This document shows, one piece after another, positions 1 to 9,112 of a stretch of DNA of 64,000 nt. The notes under the pieces were generated by a model. That model ran no database searches. It worked only from the letters and a program-made list of their open reading frames with translations, and had not been told where the DNA came from. Location: the NCBI GenBank assembly GCA_964384595.1, contig CAYLLY010000003.1, forward strand, positions 198-64,197. Reading direction: 5' to 3'. Position numbers and translations under genes: made by a program. Source of the DNA: an uncultured Nitrospirales bacterium (GTDB lineage: Bacteria > Nitrospirota > Nitrospiria > Nitrospirales > NS-4). The first letter of the stretch is position 1. Every line of letters begins with the position of its first letter.

Positions 1-120
1 ATCGACAAATACGTCGAAGATGGCACCTCGGTTGCAACTCCGGAGGGGCTGGACCCGACCTTTTTCAAGAAATTGCTGGGGAAATTAACTCAACAGAAGG
101 AGGCTGGATATGAGCAGTAA
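1..120 (+). CDS. 3' end of an upstream ORF running off the left edge (partial, product unknown)
   Basis: Frame 1 is open from base 1 to TAA at 118-120 (IDKYVEDGTSVATPEGLDPTFFKKLLGKLTQQKEAGYEQ*). It overlaps the next start by 11 nt. Too short for a family call. Confidence 0.25.
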   Translation: MDKYVEDGTSVATPEGLDPTFFKKLLGKLTQQKEAGYEQ

Positions 121-3100
121 ATCGTTCGGTTGGAGAGATTCCGGCCGACTGGCCGATGCTCTCCAAACGATCGCGATCGCCGGCGGCTTGATCTTCTCGC
201 CGGCGGCGTTTGCCGCGGATGAGCACGCGCAGCACGCGGCTGGGGCGTCGAGCTCGGCTTGGGCTGAAAAGCTCAAGGGCCAGACGATCATCGAAAACGC
301 GATGGAGGGGCGTGCTGACCGGGCCGTGAAGGTGGACCTTCAGCATCAGCGCCTCATGCGCCAGATCGAGGAGCAGGCGAAAACGCAGCGGACATCGGGG
401 GGCTTCAACACGATGTCCACGATGCATCAGTTCGCGGGTCAGGACGGGGCCAGCTTCCTGCTGGCTTCGACGCCGGGCGTCGAGCCTGTCGCAATGACCG
501 GCGGGCGGTGCCCCAGCGGCGTGCCGGTCAAGGCGTACGATATCTCGATGATCGCCATCGAGATCACCCTGAACCGGTGGCTCGATTACTACCCGGGCTA
601 CATGTACGCGCTCACCGAGGACATCGGCAAGGTCCGGGGGGAGGAGGCTAGGAACAAGGCCGCGCGCGAGAACGAGAAGGATCCGTTCGATCCCGGCGCG
701 GTGACCACGGGCCTGCAGGGCGACATGATCCAGCCGCTGGTCATCCGCGCCAACCAGGGCGATTGCGTCAAGATCACCTTGCGGAACCAGTTGGAGAGCG
801 AGTCGGGCAGCCTCCACATCGGGGGTGCCAGCATGGTCGTCAGCGCCACCGGCAAGCTGGCGGCGACGACGAATCGTGACACCATTCTGGAGCCGAAGAA
901 GACGGTGGATCTGGAGTGGTACATCCATCCGAACACCCAGGAGGGCGTGCGGCAATTCCACTCTTACAGCAACGACCGGGAGCTGACGGTGATGGGGCTC
1001 TTCGGGGCCTTCGTCGTGGAGCCGAAGGGATCCCGGTACCTGGAACCCCTCGGTGATCCCAATACCCCGGCCCCGGAAACCAAGAGCGGCTGGCAGGTGA
1101 TCATTGACAACGGCTCCGGGCCGGACTTCCGCGAGCACGTGATCTTCTACCACGAGGTCGGCGACGAGGCGTTTCGCCCGGTGAACAAGAAGGGCGACTT
1201 CCTGCCGCAGCGCGACCCGATCACGGATGCCTACCGTCCGGGCGGCCGCGCGCTGAATTACCGCAGCGAGCCGTTCGGCATTGACGAGATGCACCTGCAG
1301 CACGAGTATTTCGGCTTCGAGGACGAGTCGCTTGCTTACAGCGCTTATACGTTCGGCGACGTGCCCACGACGCTTCCGCGGGCGTACCTGGGCGATCCCG
1401 TCAAGTGGCGGATCGTGCACGGCGGGTCGGAAGTGTTCCATTCCCACCATCCGCACGGCGGCTCCATCCGCTGGCCGCGCAGCCCGCGCGCGTTGGACAA
1501 CGAGTTGTGGGCCACGGCCACGAATGGCCCGGTGAAGTATCCGGTCGTCCGGACCAAGACGGACCGGGTGGACGTCGAGGTGATTGGCCCGGCGGAAGCG
1601 CTCGACCTGGAGAACGAGTGCGGGTCGGGTCTCTGCCAGCAATTGGCCGGGGACTTCCTGTTCCACTGCCACGTGGCGCACCACTATGTGGCGGGAATGT
1701 GGGGCTACGGCCGCACGTACAACACGCTGCAAGTCGGCCAGTACCATACCGACACGATGCCCGATCTGCGTGAGCTGCCGGACCGCCTGGGCCGCATGAA
1801 GGTCGGCGTGACCTCCGACAAGCTCATCGGCACGACGGTGGACTGGTTCGGCAAGATCTTCAAGATCGTGGAAAAGGGCAAATCCAACTGGAAGAGCGAT
1901 CCGGCGGTCGTGACCATCAAGGATTGGGTCGAGATGCAAGTGCCGACCATGGGCAAGCCGGGCCACAAGGATGACGAGAAGGGCCAGATCATGGCCTACG
2001 ACGCGACCGTGTGGGACTGGAAGTGGAGCGGCAACAAGGCTCTCGGCGAGCGCGAGAGCACGGCGAAGAACCCGAAGTATCCCGCGGCGGCGAAGTGGGA
2101 TGACAGCACGAGGCCGCCGATCCTGTTCGACGCGAAGACGGGCAAGGTGTCCTTCCCGTTGATCAAGCCGCACTTCGGCAAGCGCGTCATGTTCCCGCCG
2201 AACCACAACGGCGCGCCCTGGCTGGAGCAGATCCATCAGGATGCGAACGGCGAACGGACCGCCGAGCCGGCGACGCCGGGCGAGCAGGGCCGCTGGAGCC
2301 TCTGCCCGGAGAACGCCAACCGGAAGTTCTATAACATCCACTTCATCCGGACGCCGATCACCCTTGCCAAGAAGCAGGGCAAGGAGCCTCCGATCGTGGA
2401 CAAGGACGGCTTGATCTACGTGCTTCACGAGGAAGAAACCGACACGCGGGCGAACGACGACAAGAAGTACCCGCTGGTCATCCGCGCGAATGTGTACGAC
2501 TGCGTGGATTCGATTCTGACGAGCGAGTGGGACGACGACGACTTCACGAACTTCCAGTCGTCCAAGATCAACATCCATCCCCACTTTATGCAATTCGACA
2601 ACCAAGCGTCGGACGGCGTGATCAGCGGGCTCTCGTACGAGCAATCCGTGCGGCCGTTCACGATGATGGAGAAGCCGAAGAAGGCAGGCCTGCCGGTGCC
2701 GATGAATACGGTGCTGACGGACGCGGTGAAGGCGGGCAGCAAGACCATCAAGGTCAAGAACGCGGCCCAGTACCATGTGAACACCGAGTTGCTGGTCGGG
2801 GCGGACTGCCTGATGCCGAGCAAGGATACCTCCACGGCGGTGAAGCGGGAAGCGAGCTGCTCGGAAGTGGGCCGGATCAAGACGATCAACGGCAACGAGA
2901 TCACGCTCTACCAGCCGTTGAGGCATAACCACCCGGTCAAAGACATCGTGACGGTGGAGTTCGCCCGCATGCGGTGGTGGGTGGACGTGGATCTGGGCAC
3001 GGTCTTCTGGCACGACCACGCCTTCGGCGCGACCACCTGGCCGCACGGGGGGTTCGGCGTGGTCCTCATCGAGCCGTACGGGTCCACCTATCATGACCCG

Positions 3101-5026
3101 AAGACCGGCAAGAAGCTCTGGAGCGGTCCCATCGCCGACATCCACACCACGGAACCGATCGGGTACGGCGTGAACGGCAGCTTCCGTGAGCTGATGGTCT
3201 CGATCCATGACACGGTGCCGCATACCGTGAACATGATCCAGGCGGGGAATCCGCCCGGGCAGCCGATCGAGGTCGCGCTGGAAGGCGGCAAGACGGTGTC
3301 CTTCCAGATGCCGGACAAGATCCAAATGCTGCCCAATCAATATGTGAACGGCGGCACGCATACCACCGGAAGCGGGTTCAACTTCCGGGCCGAGCCGTTC
3401 GCGCAGCGTCTGGCGAACAACCCGGATACGGCCAAGCTGTTCAGCAGCGCCGTGCACGGGGACCCTGATACGCCTCTTGTCAAGGCCTACGTGGGGGACA
3501 CCCTGGTGTTCCGTCTCTTGCACCAGTTGATGAACGAGTCGCACGTGTGGACCAGCGCGGGCCATACCTGGCTAAGCGAGCGCTATGCGGGCGACGCCAA
3601 TCGGAAGTACTCGCTCCATGTCGGGATCGCCGAACGGTATGATCTCGTGAGCAAAGCGGGCGGCTTCCAGGGAATGCCCGGCGACTACATTCACTTCAAC
3701 GGGCGCGCCTCCCATTTCATGGAAGGCGGCTGGGGCATCATCCGTGTCCTGGACAAGGAAACGCCGGATCTGAAAAAGCTGCCGCCCGGCACGGCCAAGG
3801 CGGAAATCCCGGCGGTGCCGAAGTCGGTCTGCCCGGACGACGCGCCGGTGAAGACCTTCAACGTGGTCGCGATGGATCGGACGCTCGTCTTCAACACGAA
3901 GGCGAAAGGCGCGATCGAGGTGGACTTCGAGCGCAAGATCGAGGTCGGCAACACCGAAGGCAAGATCTTCGCGCTGGAGGACGAAGCCTCGCGCGTGGCG
4001 ACGGGGGCCCAGCCGATGCCGTTGACCCTGCGCGTGAACCTGGGTGACTGCATCAAGGTCAACCTGAAGAACAAGATGGCCGCGAGCCGGGCGTCGTTCT
4101 TTGCGCCGGGCCTGGCCTTCGATCCGAGAGATTCGCACGGGATCAACGTCGGCAATAATCCGGGCGACCAGACGATCGGCCCGGGCGAAAGCCGCACGTA
4201 CACGTTCTATGCCCATCCCCTCAACAAGGAGACCTCCTCCCTGGTGTGGGACGGCGCGAATATCGTGTCCAATCCGCGGAACGGGCTGTTCGGCTCGGTC
4301 ATCGTCGGGCCCAAGGGTTCCAAGTATAGAGACCCTGTGACCGGCGAGGACATTTCACAGAAGAACAGCTGGCGGGCCGACGTGATCGTGGATGCGAGCC
4401 TGCCGGAGAACGCCGGCAAGAGCAACTACCGGGACGTGGCCCTCTTCTTCCAGGATGAGGACAACATCATCGGGACGAGCTTCATGCCGTACGTGCAGAA
4501 CGTGGCCGGCTTGACGGGCGTGAACTACCGGAACGAGCCGTACAAGCAGCGCGAGGAGCAGGGGTGCAAGCTCGGGCATATCTTCCAACCATGCTCGGTG
4601 ACGCAACCTGAAGATCCGCAAACGCCTTTGATCGAGGCGCATGCCGGCGATCCGGTGCGGATCCACGTGTTCGGCGCGTGGAGCGAGCAGAACGGCATGT
4701 TCGGTGTCGAAGGCCACGAGTGGCCGATCGAGCCGTACATGGCCGGCGCGGACATGATCAGCGTGGTCGAGTTCGCCGGTTCCGAGTTCCTGGACGTCTT
4801 CATCCGGGGCGGAGCGGGCGGACCATACCGGCAGACCGGCGACTATGTCTGGTCGAATCAGCGGCTCCCATACTCGCAGTCGGGACAGTGGGGGTACCTA
4901 CGGGTCCTGCCGGCGAACGACACGCGAATCAAGTCGCTGGGCGACGCGTCTGCGGCTGGCCAGAGGGCGGAAACACAGCCTGAGGCGCCCGTTGCGACGC
5001 CGGCGGCGTTGAAAGCCGAGAAGTAA
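110..5026 (+). CDS. Giant secreted multicopper oxidase, six cupredoxin domains (three repeats of a two-domain unit); same size class as MofA/MnxG-type large MCOs
   Basis: 1638-aa ORF with RBS aaggagg (97-103) 6 nt before ATG110. Signal-like N-terminus (IAIAGGLIFSPAAFAADEH). Three-fold internal repeat: LVIRANQGDCVKITLRN / LVIRANVYDCVDSILTS / LTLRVNLGDCIKVNLKN, and FGAFVVEPKGSRY / FGVVLIEPYGSTY / FGSVIVGPKGSKY. Cu-ligand motifs: HSHHPHGG, one H-C-H-x3-H-x4-M (HCHVAHHYVAGM, nt 1664-1699), IHPH, and WHDH (nt 3008-3019). Confidence 0.88.
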   Translation: MSSKSFGWRDSGRLADALQTIAIAGGLIFSPAAFAADEHAQHAAGASSSAWAEKLKGQTIIENAMEGRADRAVKVDLQHQRLMRQIEEQAKTQRTSGGFNTMSTMHQFAGQDGASFLLASTPGVEPVAMTGGRCPSGVPVKAYDISMIAIEITLNRWLDYYPGYMYALTEDIGKVRGEEARNKAARENEKDPFDPGAVTTGLQGDMIQPLVIRANQGDCVKITLRNQLESESGSLHIGGASMVVSATGKLAATTNRDTILEPKKTVDLEWYIHPNTQEGVRQFHSYSNDRELTVMGLFGAFVVEPKGSRYLEPLGDPNTPAPETKSGWQVIIDNGSGPDFREHVIFYHEVGDEAFRPVNKKGDFLPQRDPITDAYRPGGRALNYRSEPFGIDEMHLQHEYFGFEDESLAYSAYTFGDVPTTLPRAYLGDPVKWRIVHGGSEVFHSHHPHGGSIRWPRSPRALDNELWATATNGPVKYPVVRTKTDRVDVEVIGPAEALDLENECGSGLCQQLAGDFLFHCHVAHHYVAGMWGYGRTYNTLQVGQYHTDTMPDLRELPDRLGRMKVGVTSDKLIGTTVDWFGKIFKIVEKGKSNWKSDPAVVTIKDWVEMQVPTMGKPGHKDDEKGQIMAYDATVWDWKWSGNKALGERESTAKNPKYPAAAKWDDSTRPPILFDAKTGKVSFPLIKPHFGKRVMFPPNHNGAPWLEQIHQDANGERTAEPATPGEQGRWSLCPENANRKFYNIHFIRTPITLAKKQGKEPPIVDKDGLIYVLHEEETDTRANDDKKYPLVIRANVYDCVDSILTSEWDDDDFTNFQSSKINIHPHFMQFDNQASDGVISGLSYEQSVRPFTMMEKPKKAGLPVPMNTVLTDAVKAGSKTIKVKNAAQYHVNTELLVGADCLMPSKDTSTAVKREASCSEVGRIKTINGNEITLYQPLRHNHPVKDIVTVEFARMRWWVDVDLGTVFWHDHAFGATTWPHGGFGVVLIEPYGSTYHDPKTGKKLWSGPIADIHTTEPIGYGVNGSFRELMVSIHDTVPHTVNMIQAGNPPGQPIEVALEGGKTVSFQMPDKIQMLPNQYVNGGTHTTGSGFNFRAEPFAQRLANNPDTAKLFSSAVHGDPDTPLVKAYVGDTLVFRLLHQLMNESHVWTSAGHTWLSERYAGDANRKYSLHVGIAERYDLVSKAGGFQGMPGDYIHFNGRASHFMEGGWGIIRVLDKETPDLKKLPPGTAKAEIPAVPKSVCPDDAPVKTFNVVAMDRTLVFNTKAKGAIEVDFERKIEVGNTEGKIFALEDEASRVATGAQPMPLTLRVNLGDCIKVNLKNKMAASRASFFAPGLAFDPRDSHGINVGNNPGDQTIGPGESRTYTFYAHPLNKETSSLVWDGANIVSNPRNGLFGSVIVGPKGSKYRDPVTGEDISQKNSWRADVIVDASLPENAGKSNYRDVALFFQDEDNIIGTSFMPYVQNVAGLTGVNYRNEPYKQREEQGCKLGHIFQPCSVTQPEDPQTPLIEAHAGDPVRIHVFGAWSEQNGMFGVEGHEWPIEPYMAGADMISVVEFAGSEFLDVFIRGGAGGPYRQTGDYVWSNQRLPYSQSGQWGYLRVLPANDTRIKSLGDASAAGQRAETQPEAPVATPAALKAEK

Positions 5027-5141
5027 GCGGTATTGAATATCCTGCACACTGATCGGGGCGCCCGTTGCATTGACCCTTTGCTTCTCGAAGAGCAATGGGT
5101 TCCCCAGCAACGGGCACCCGGTTGAGTGCAAGCTCGGTGAA

Positions 5142-5180
5142 GGGGGGGCGCTGGTTCAAAGCGCCCCCCCGTTTCGTTTA
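5142..5180 (+). terminator. Rho-independent terminator after the giant MCO gene
   Basis: Perfect 11-bp GC-rich stem GGGGGGGCGCT (5142-5152) / AGCGCCCCCCC (5160-5170) with a 7-nt loop, followed by GTTTCGTTTAAAAA. Confidence 0.7.
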
Positions 5181-5222
5181 AAAAGAAGCGCGTTTCAGAT
5201 GTGTACTGCAGGGGAGGCCGGA

Positions 5223-6173
5223 ATGGATTATCAGAGCAAGGTCGGTCATCAGATGGGAGGAGGCCGTGGACTGCTGCTGTGCCTGGTTTTCTCACTGGCA
5301 TTCGGGGTGCCGGGGGTCTCAGCCTACCAGGAAGCGCCGGTCACGGATGGCGGGAAAATTTCCGGAACGGTCACGCTCAAGGGCGGCAAACCGGTTCCGC
5401 GGGGGTTCAACCTCGTCACGTTCCCGGACCCTTTGTACTGCGGGCGTATTTCGAACGGCGCCGGCTGGCGGCTGTTGAAGGAGTTCGCGATGGGTCAGGA
5501 GAACGGCGTCAAGGACGTGGTGGTGATGCTGAGCGGAATCGAGAAGGGCAAGCCGTTCGCGTTCCAGACGCCTCGCATCGAAGCGATCGACTGCCTGTTC
5601 AGACCGTTTGTCACCGTCGTTCGGGATCACGACAAGGTGGAAGTCGTCAACATGGACCCGGTCATGCACGACATCCAGGGTTACGAGACGTCGGAATTGG
5701 GACCGCGAGTCCTGTTCAACAGACCGATGCCGATGAATCCCCATCATCCTCGAACCGCCGGTCAGAGCGCCGAATACCATAAGCATATTCCCGGCGAGCC
5801 GATGGTTCAGGAAATCAACATGACCAAGGGACGCCACGTTTTCGTCATGCAGTGCGGATTCCACGCCTACATGGAAAGCTGGGGCCTGGCCGTGGATAAT
5901 CCCTACTTTGCCTTGACGGATCAGTCCGGGGGGTTCGAGATCGGCAATATCCCGCCGGGGACGTACAAGCTCGTCGTCTGGCATCCTCAGGCCCGTCAGA
6001 CCATCGAACAGGAAGTGACGATTCCGGCCAAGGGTTCTGCGATGATGAATTTTGAGATTCAGCCGCGCGAGGGCGCTCGGGCCGGCATGGATACGGTGGA
6101 GAACCCCCGGTTCGGCCTCGGCATCCTCGGAAGCGCCCAGATCAAGCCCACGCTTGAGCTGCAACAGCCGTAA
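5223..6173 (+). CDS. Secreted cupredoxin-like protein with putative type-1 Cu site and C-terminal beta-sandwich (carboxypeptidase-regulatory-like) domain
   Basis: ATG5223 preceded by ggggagg; the track ORF begins at 5070 but has no RBS there. Signal peptide LLLCLVFSLAFGVPGVSAYQ. Candidate Cu ligands: NMDPVMH and CGFHAYM (C-x2-H-x2-M). C-terminus GGFEIGNIPPGTYKLVVWHP...AKGSAMMNFEI. Clear paralog of 26984-27730. Confidence 0.8.
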   Translation: MDYQSKVGHQMGGGRGLLLCLVFSLAFGVPGVSAYQEAPVTDGGKISGTVTLKGGKPVPRGFNLVTFPDPLYCGRISNGAGWRLLKEFAMGQENGVKDVVVMLSGIEKGKPFAFQTPRIEAIDCLFRPFVTVVRDHDKVEVVNMDPVMHDIQGYETSELGPRVLFNRPMPMNPHHPRTAGQSAEYHKHIPGEPMVQEINMTKGRHVFVMQCGFHAYMESWGLAVDNPYFALTDQSGGFEIGNIPPGTYKLVVWHPQARQTIEQEVTIPAKGSAMMNFEIQPREGARAGMDTVENPRFGLGILGSAQIKPTLELQQP

Positions 6174-6193
6174 CCGGCGGGAGCCCTTGGCCG

Positions 6194-6799
6194 TCAGTAG
6201 GCCTGGATGGGCGGGGGACTTGGAGCGGGGGGGCGCCACTCGGCATATCCGAGAGGAGGCTCAAAGAAAAAGGCGGGCTGTTTCGAAAACACGACGTGTT
6301 CGTACTCGACGGACCAATCACGATCCCGGCTGACGGTCCGCAGGGGAACCCCGTGTTCGACCGACACCCATTGGTAGTACCGTTCAGCCGAAGCTCCGCT
6401 CCCCACGGTGACGTCGTACAGGCGGGACCGGTGCCCGCCGAGTTTCTCTTCGCCCACGAGGACGCGGGCGGTTTCTCCCTCCATGGTTTCCGTGAGCGGA
6501 ATGAGGTGGTCCGGTCGCAGCGGCAGGGAGAGGTACTGTCTGCGCTTCGAGAGGAGCAGCCACACCGCCTGCTTGTCCAGTCGCACGATCGACACCCCGG
6601 CATAGCCCAGGTCGGTGAGCACGCCGCCCCGGTGCTCCAACCGCCACCGGTCGTCCTTCACGTATAATTGCGCCCGCGTTGTTTTCCCGTTCGAGCGGGA
6701 CACATAGTCGGCCGAAAATTCCACGGCAAAGGAGCATTCGACGGAGGCGAAGAACCACAGTGCTCCCGAAGCCGCCGCTGTCAGGCGTGTGATGGTCAC
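6194..6799 (-). CDS. Secreted LolA-like/DUF4412-like protein (function unknown)
   Basis: 201-aa ORF with signal-like N-terminus (AAASGALWFFASVECSFAVEF). It starts 10 nt after the stop of the upstream minus-strand gene. Paralog of 48570-49160 (shared F.AE/ADY...RWR.E.R...YYQWV...R.VS..DW..EY..V.F..Q...FFEPP.GYA). Confidence 0.7.
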   Translation of the reverse strand: MTITRLTAAASGALWFFASVECSFAVEFSADYVSRSNGKTTRAQLYVKDDRWRLEHRGGVLTDLGYAGVSIVRLDKQAVWLLLSKRRQYLSLPLRPDHLIPLTETMEGETARVLVGEEKLGGHRSRLYDVTVGSGASAERYYQWVSVEHGVPLRTVSRDRDWSVEYEHVVFSKQPAFFFEPPLGYAEWRPPAPSPPPIQAY

Positions 6800-6808
6800 G
6801 GGCGCCCG

Positions 6809-7651
6809 CTACCGTGCGGGGGCGGGCGTGGCGTCCGCCGCGCAGCGGAATCCCGTCGAGTGGTTCCGATTCAAGGGGTCGCTCATGACACGGGTGACGG
6901 AACGCACGAGCGGCGTCTCGACTTCCCATCCGGAACTGCGCAGCACTTTGTGCGTGCCGTTCTCGGGGCCTTTCGGATTCCGCGCCGGGCTTTTCTCATA
7001 GTAGTGCGCGTCATACCAGTCGGCGACCCATTCCCAGACATTGCCGGCCATGTCGTAAACCCCAAACGGGCTCTTGCCGGCCTCATAGCTTCCCACCGGC
7101 ATGAGCGTTTTCTCGCCCTGCCAGCGCTGGTTGAAGTTCAAATGCTTGTGTGTCGGTTCGACGTTGCCCCAGGGGAAACGGCGGTCGTCCGTGCCCCGCG
7201 CGGCTTTCTCCCACTCCGCTTCGGTCGGGAGGCGCCGACCGGCCCACCGGCAATACGCATTCGCATCATGCCAGTCCACGTTGACGACCGGCCGGTCGGC
7301 AATGGACTCCGGCATGGCCGCGCCCTGCCACAGGTTCCGGCCCGGATCCTTGAGATGCTGCGGGGGCCGGTGGCCGCTCGCGCGGACGAACTCCCGGTAG
7401 CGGCCGTTCGTCACCTCGAATTTGTCGATGTAGTAGGGATCGAGAAAGATCTCGTGGTTGGGATACTCGTCGCGGCCCCCGTCGCGGTCGCCCTTGGGCA
7501 CGCCCATCGGGAACGGGCCGGCGGGAACGAGGACCATCGGCGCGCCGTCCTTGCCGGTGGTGGTTCCGGCCGGATCGGCGCCGACGCCGGGTTCCGGGAT
7601 GAGCCAAAGGACTACGCTGAACACCATGGCCCTGAATAGAATGACTTGCAT
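6809..7651 (-). CDS. Formylglycine-generating-enzyme (FGE/SUMF1, DUF323) family protein, secreted
   Basis: Family signatures: YCRWAGRRLPTEAEWEKAARG, GNVWEWVADWY, RSSGW, STGFRCA. N-terminal signal peptide. Confidence 0.85.
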   Translation of the reverse strand: MQVILFRAMVFSVVLWLIPEPGVGADPAGTTTGKDGAPMVLVPAGPFPMGVPKGDRDGGRDEYPNHEIFLDPYYIDKFEVTNGRYREFVRASGHRPPQHLKDPGRNLWQGAAMPESIADRPVVNVDWHDANAYCRWAGRRLPTEAEWEKAARGTDDRRFPWGNVEPTHKHLNFNQRWQGEKTLMPVGSYEAGKSPFGVYDMAGNVWEWVADWYDAHYYEKSPARNPKGPENGTHKVLRSSGWEVETPLVRSVTRVMSDPLNRNHSTGFRCAADATPAPAR

Positions 7652-7779
7652 CGGGACGCTCTCTCGACGTTGTATGTTGTGATCTAACAGTCCTGGGTTG
7701 CCGTGTCAAGGCACTGTCCTTGACCTTCTTCGGGATGGCGTGCTATGCCCGCGCTACGTTATGCGAGGGACGTAAGGAA

Positions 7780-9105
7780 ATGAGACGAGTGTTGCGGGTT
7801 GTCGGGGTTGTGGCCGGGGTGTGCTTCTTGCAAGCGGGCGCCGTGCCGGCGGCCGACACGCTCAACGAGGCGCGTGCAGCCTTCGAGAAACGCGATTACG
7901 CCAAAGCCGTGACCCTTCTGGATGCCCTGATCGGGAAAGGCCCGGGGCCTTCAGGTGCGCTTGAGCTGCGGATGCGGACCCATCTCAAACTGAACCTGCC
8001 GGAAAAAGCGGTCGGCGACTACAACCGATTGGCCGAGCATCGCGGCGCGGAGGATCGCCCGCTGCTCCGGGAGCTGGCGTTGGGCGTCATTGCCCCGGCG
8101 GTGCTCGACATGCGGGAGCAAATGCGCGGGGCGGCGGTGACGGCCTTGAAGGAGATGGCGGGCGCCGACACGCTGCCGTTGCTGGAGTCGGCGCTGGCCG
8201 ATCAGTCGGCGCTGGTTCGCGCCCTGGCGGTCGAAGGGGTTGCCCTCCTGGGCCACGCCGCCCACTCGGCCCGTCTGCGCAAGCTTCTGAAGGACCCGGC
8301 CGCACTGGTCCGGGAGCGTGTGGTGCGCGCACTCGGCGAATCGGGAGACCGGCAGTTCATCCCTGAAATCGAGACCCTCTTGAAAGACGACCAGCCGCGG
8401 GTGAAAGCCGCGGCCGCGGCGGCCCTCGTGGCGTTGGGACGAGCGGAGGCGCTGACCACGGTGCTGGATGGGTTGAAACATCCCAAGCCGGACGAACGGG
8501 CCGCGGTGCTCCGGATACTCGCGCACCTGAAGGACGCCCGGGCGATTCCGGCGATCAAGGCGGCGTTGACCGACCGCGACGGCAACGTCCGCGCAGTCGC
8601 GGCGGGGATATTGGCCGAGCGCGGCGAAGCCGGGGCGGCGCCGGCCATCGCCTTGCTGATCCGGGACCCCGCGGCCATCGCCAGGGGCAAAGCGGCCGCC
8701 GGTCTGGCCAAGCTGGAGGGAGCGAGGGCCGCCCCCGTGATCGAGCCGCTGTTGCAGGAGGAAAACCTGTTCGTGCGCGCCGAGGCCGCCGTGGCGTTGC
8801 TGCCGTACAAGCCGGCGTCGGCCGAGCCGGCCTTGCGGGCCTCCATGCAGTCCCGGGATCCCGGCGTCCGCTCGGCCGTGGGCAAGGCGCTCGCGCACAC
8901 CGGGAATCCCGTCGTCCTGCCGTACCTGCTCGAACTCATGCGGGACGACACCCCGCGCCCCCGCATCACGGCCATTCGCGCCCTCGGCCATCTTGGCTCC
9001 GAGAAATACCTGCCGACGCTGAAACCGCTCCTATCCGACGCTGATGTCGCGGTTCGGGTCACGGCGGCGGGGTCCATCGGTCGCCTGCTGCACGAGTCAA
9101 AATAA
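7780..9105 (+). CDS. HEAT-repeat (PBS-lyase-type) protein with N-terminal signal and TPR-like segment
   Basis: Start moved to ATG7780 (MRRVLRVVGVVAGVCFLQAGA). Repeated units such as DQSALVRALAVEGVALLG, DPAALVRERVVRALGESGDRQFIPEIETLLKDDQPRVKAAAAAALVALG, DRDGNVRAVAAGILAERG, DPGVRSAVGKALAHTGNPVVLPYLLELMRDD, DADVAVRVTAAGSIGRL. Confidence 0.8.
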   Translation: MRRVLRVVGVVAGVCFLQAGAVPAADTLNEARAAFEKRDYAKAVTLLDALIGKGPGPSGALELRMRTHLKLNLPEKAVGDYNRLAEHRGAEDRPLLRELALGVIAPAVLDMREQMRGAAVTALKEMAGADTLPLLESALADQSALVRALAVEGVALLGHAAHSARLRKLLKDPAALVRERVVRALGESGDRQFIPEIETLLKDDQPRVKAAAAAALVALGRAEALTTVLDGLKHPKPDERAAVLRILAHLKDARAIPAIKAALTDRDGNVRAVAAGILAERGEAGAAPAIALLIRDPAAIARGKAAAGLAKLEGARAAPVIEPLLQEENLFVRAEAAVALLPYKPASAEPALRASMQSRDPGVRSAVGKALAHTGNPVVLPYLLELMRDDTPRPRITAIRALGHLGSEKYLPTLKPLLSDADVAVRVTAAGSIGRLLHESK

Positions 9106-9112
9106 AGAGATT

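Noticed and set aside
65-3565. 1166-aa ORF on the minus strand, antisense to the giant MCO gene
   Set aside because: Typical GC-rich shadow ORF. Its composition is dominated by R/H/P/V/L/D runs, with no motif, signal or RBS. The + strand ORF has clear Cu-oxidase motifs and an internal repeat structure.
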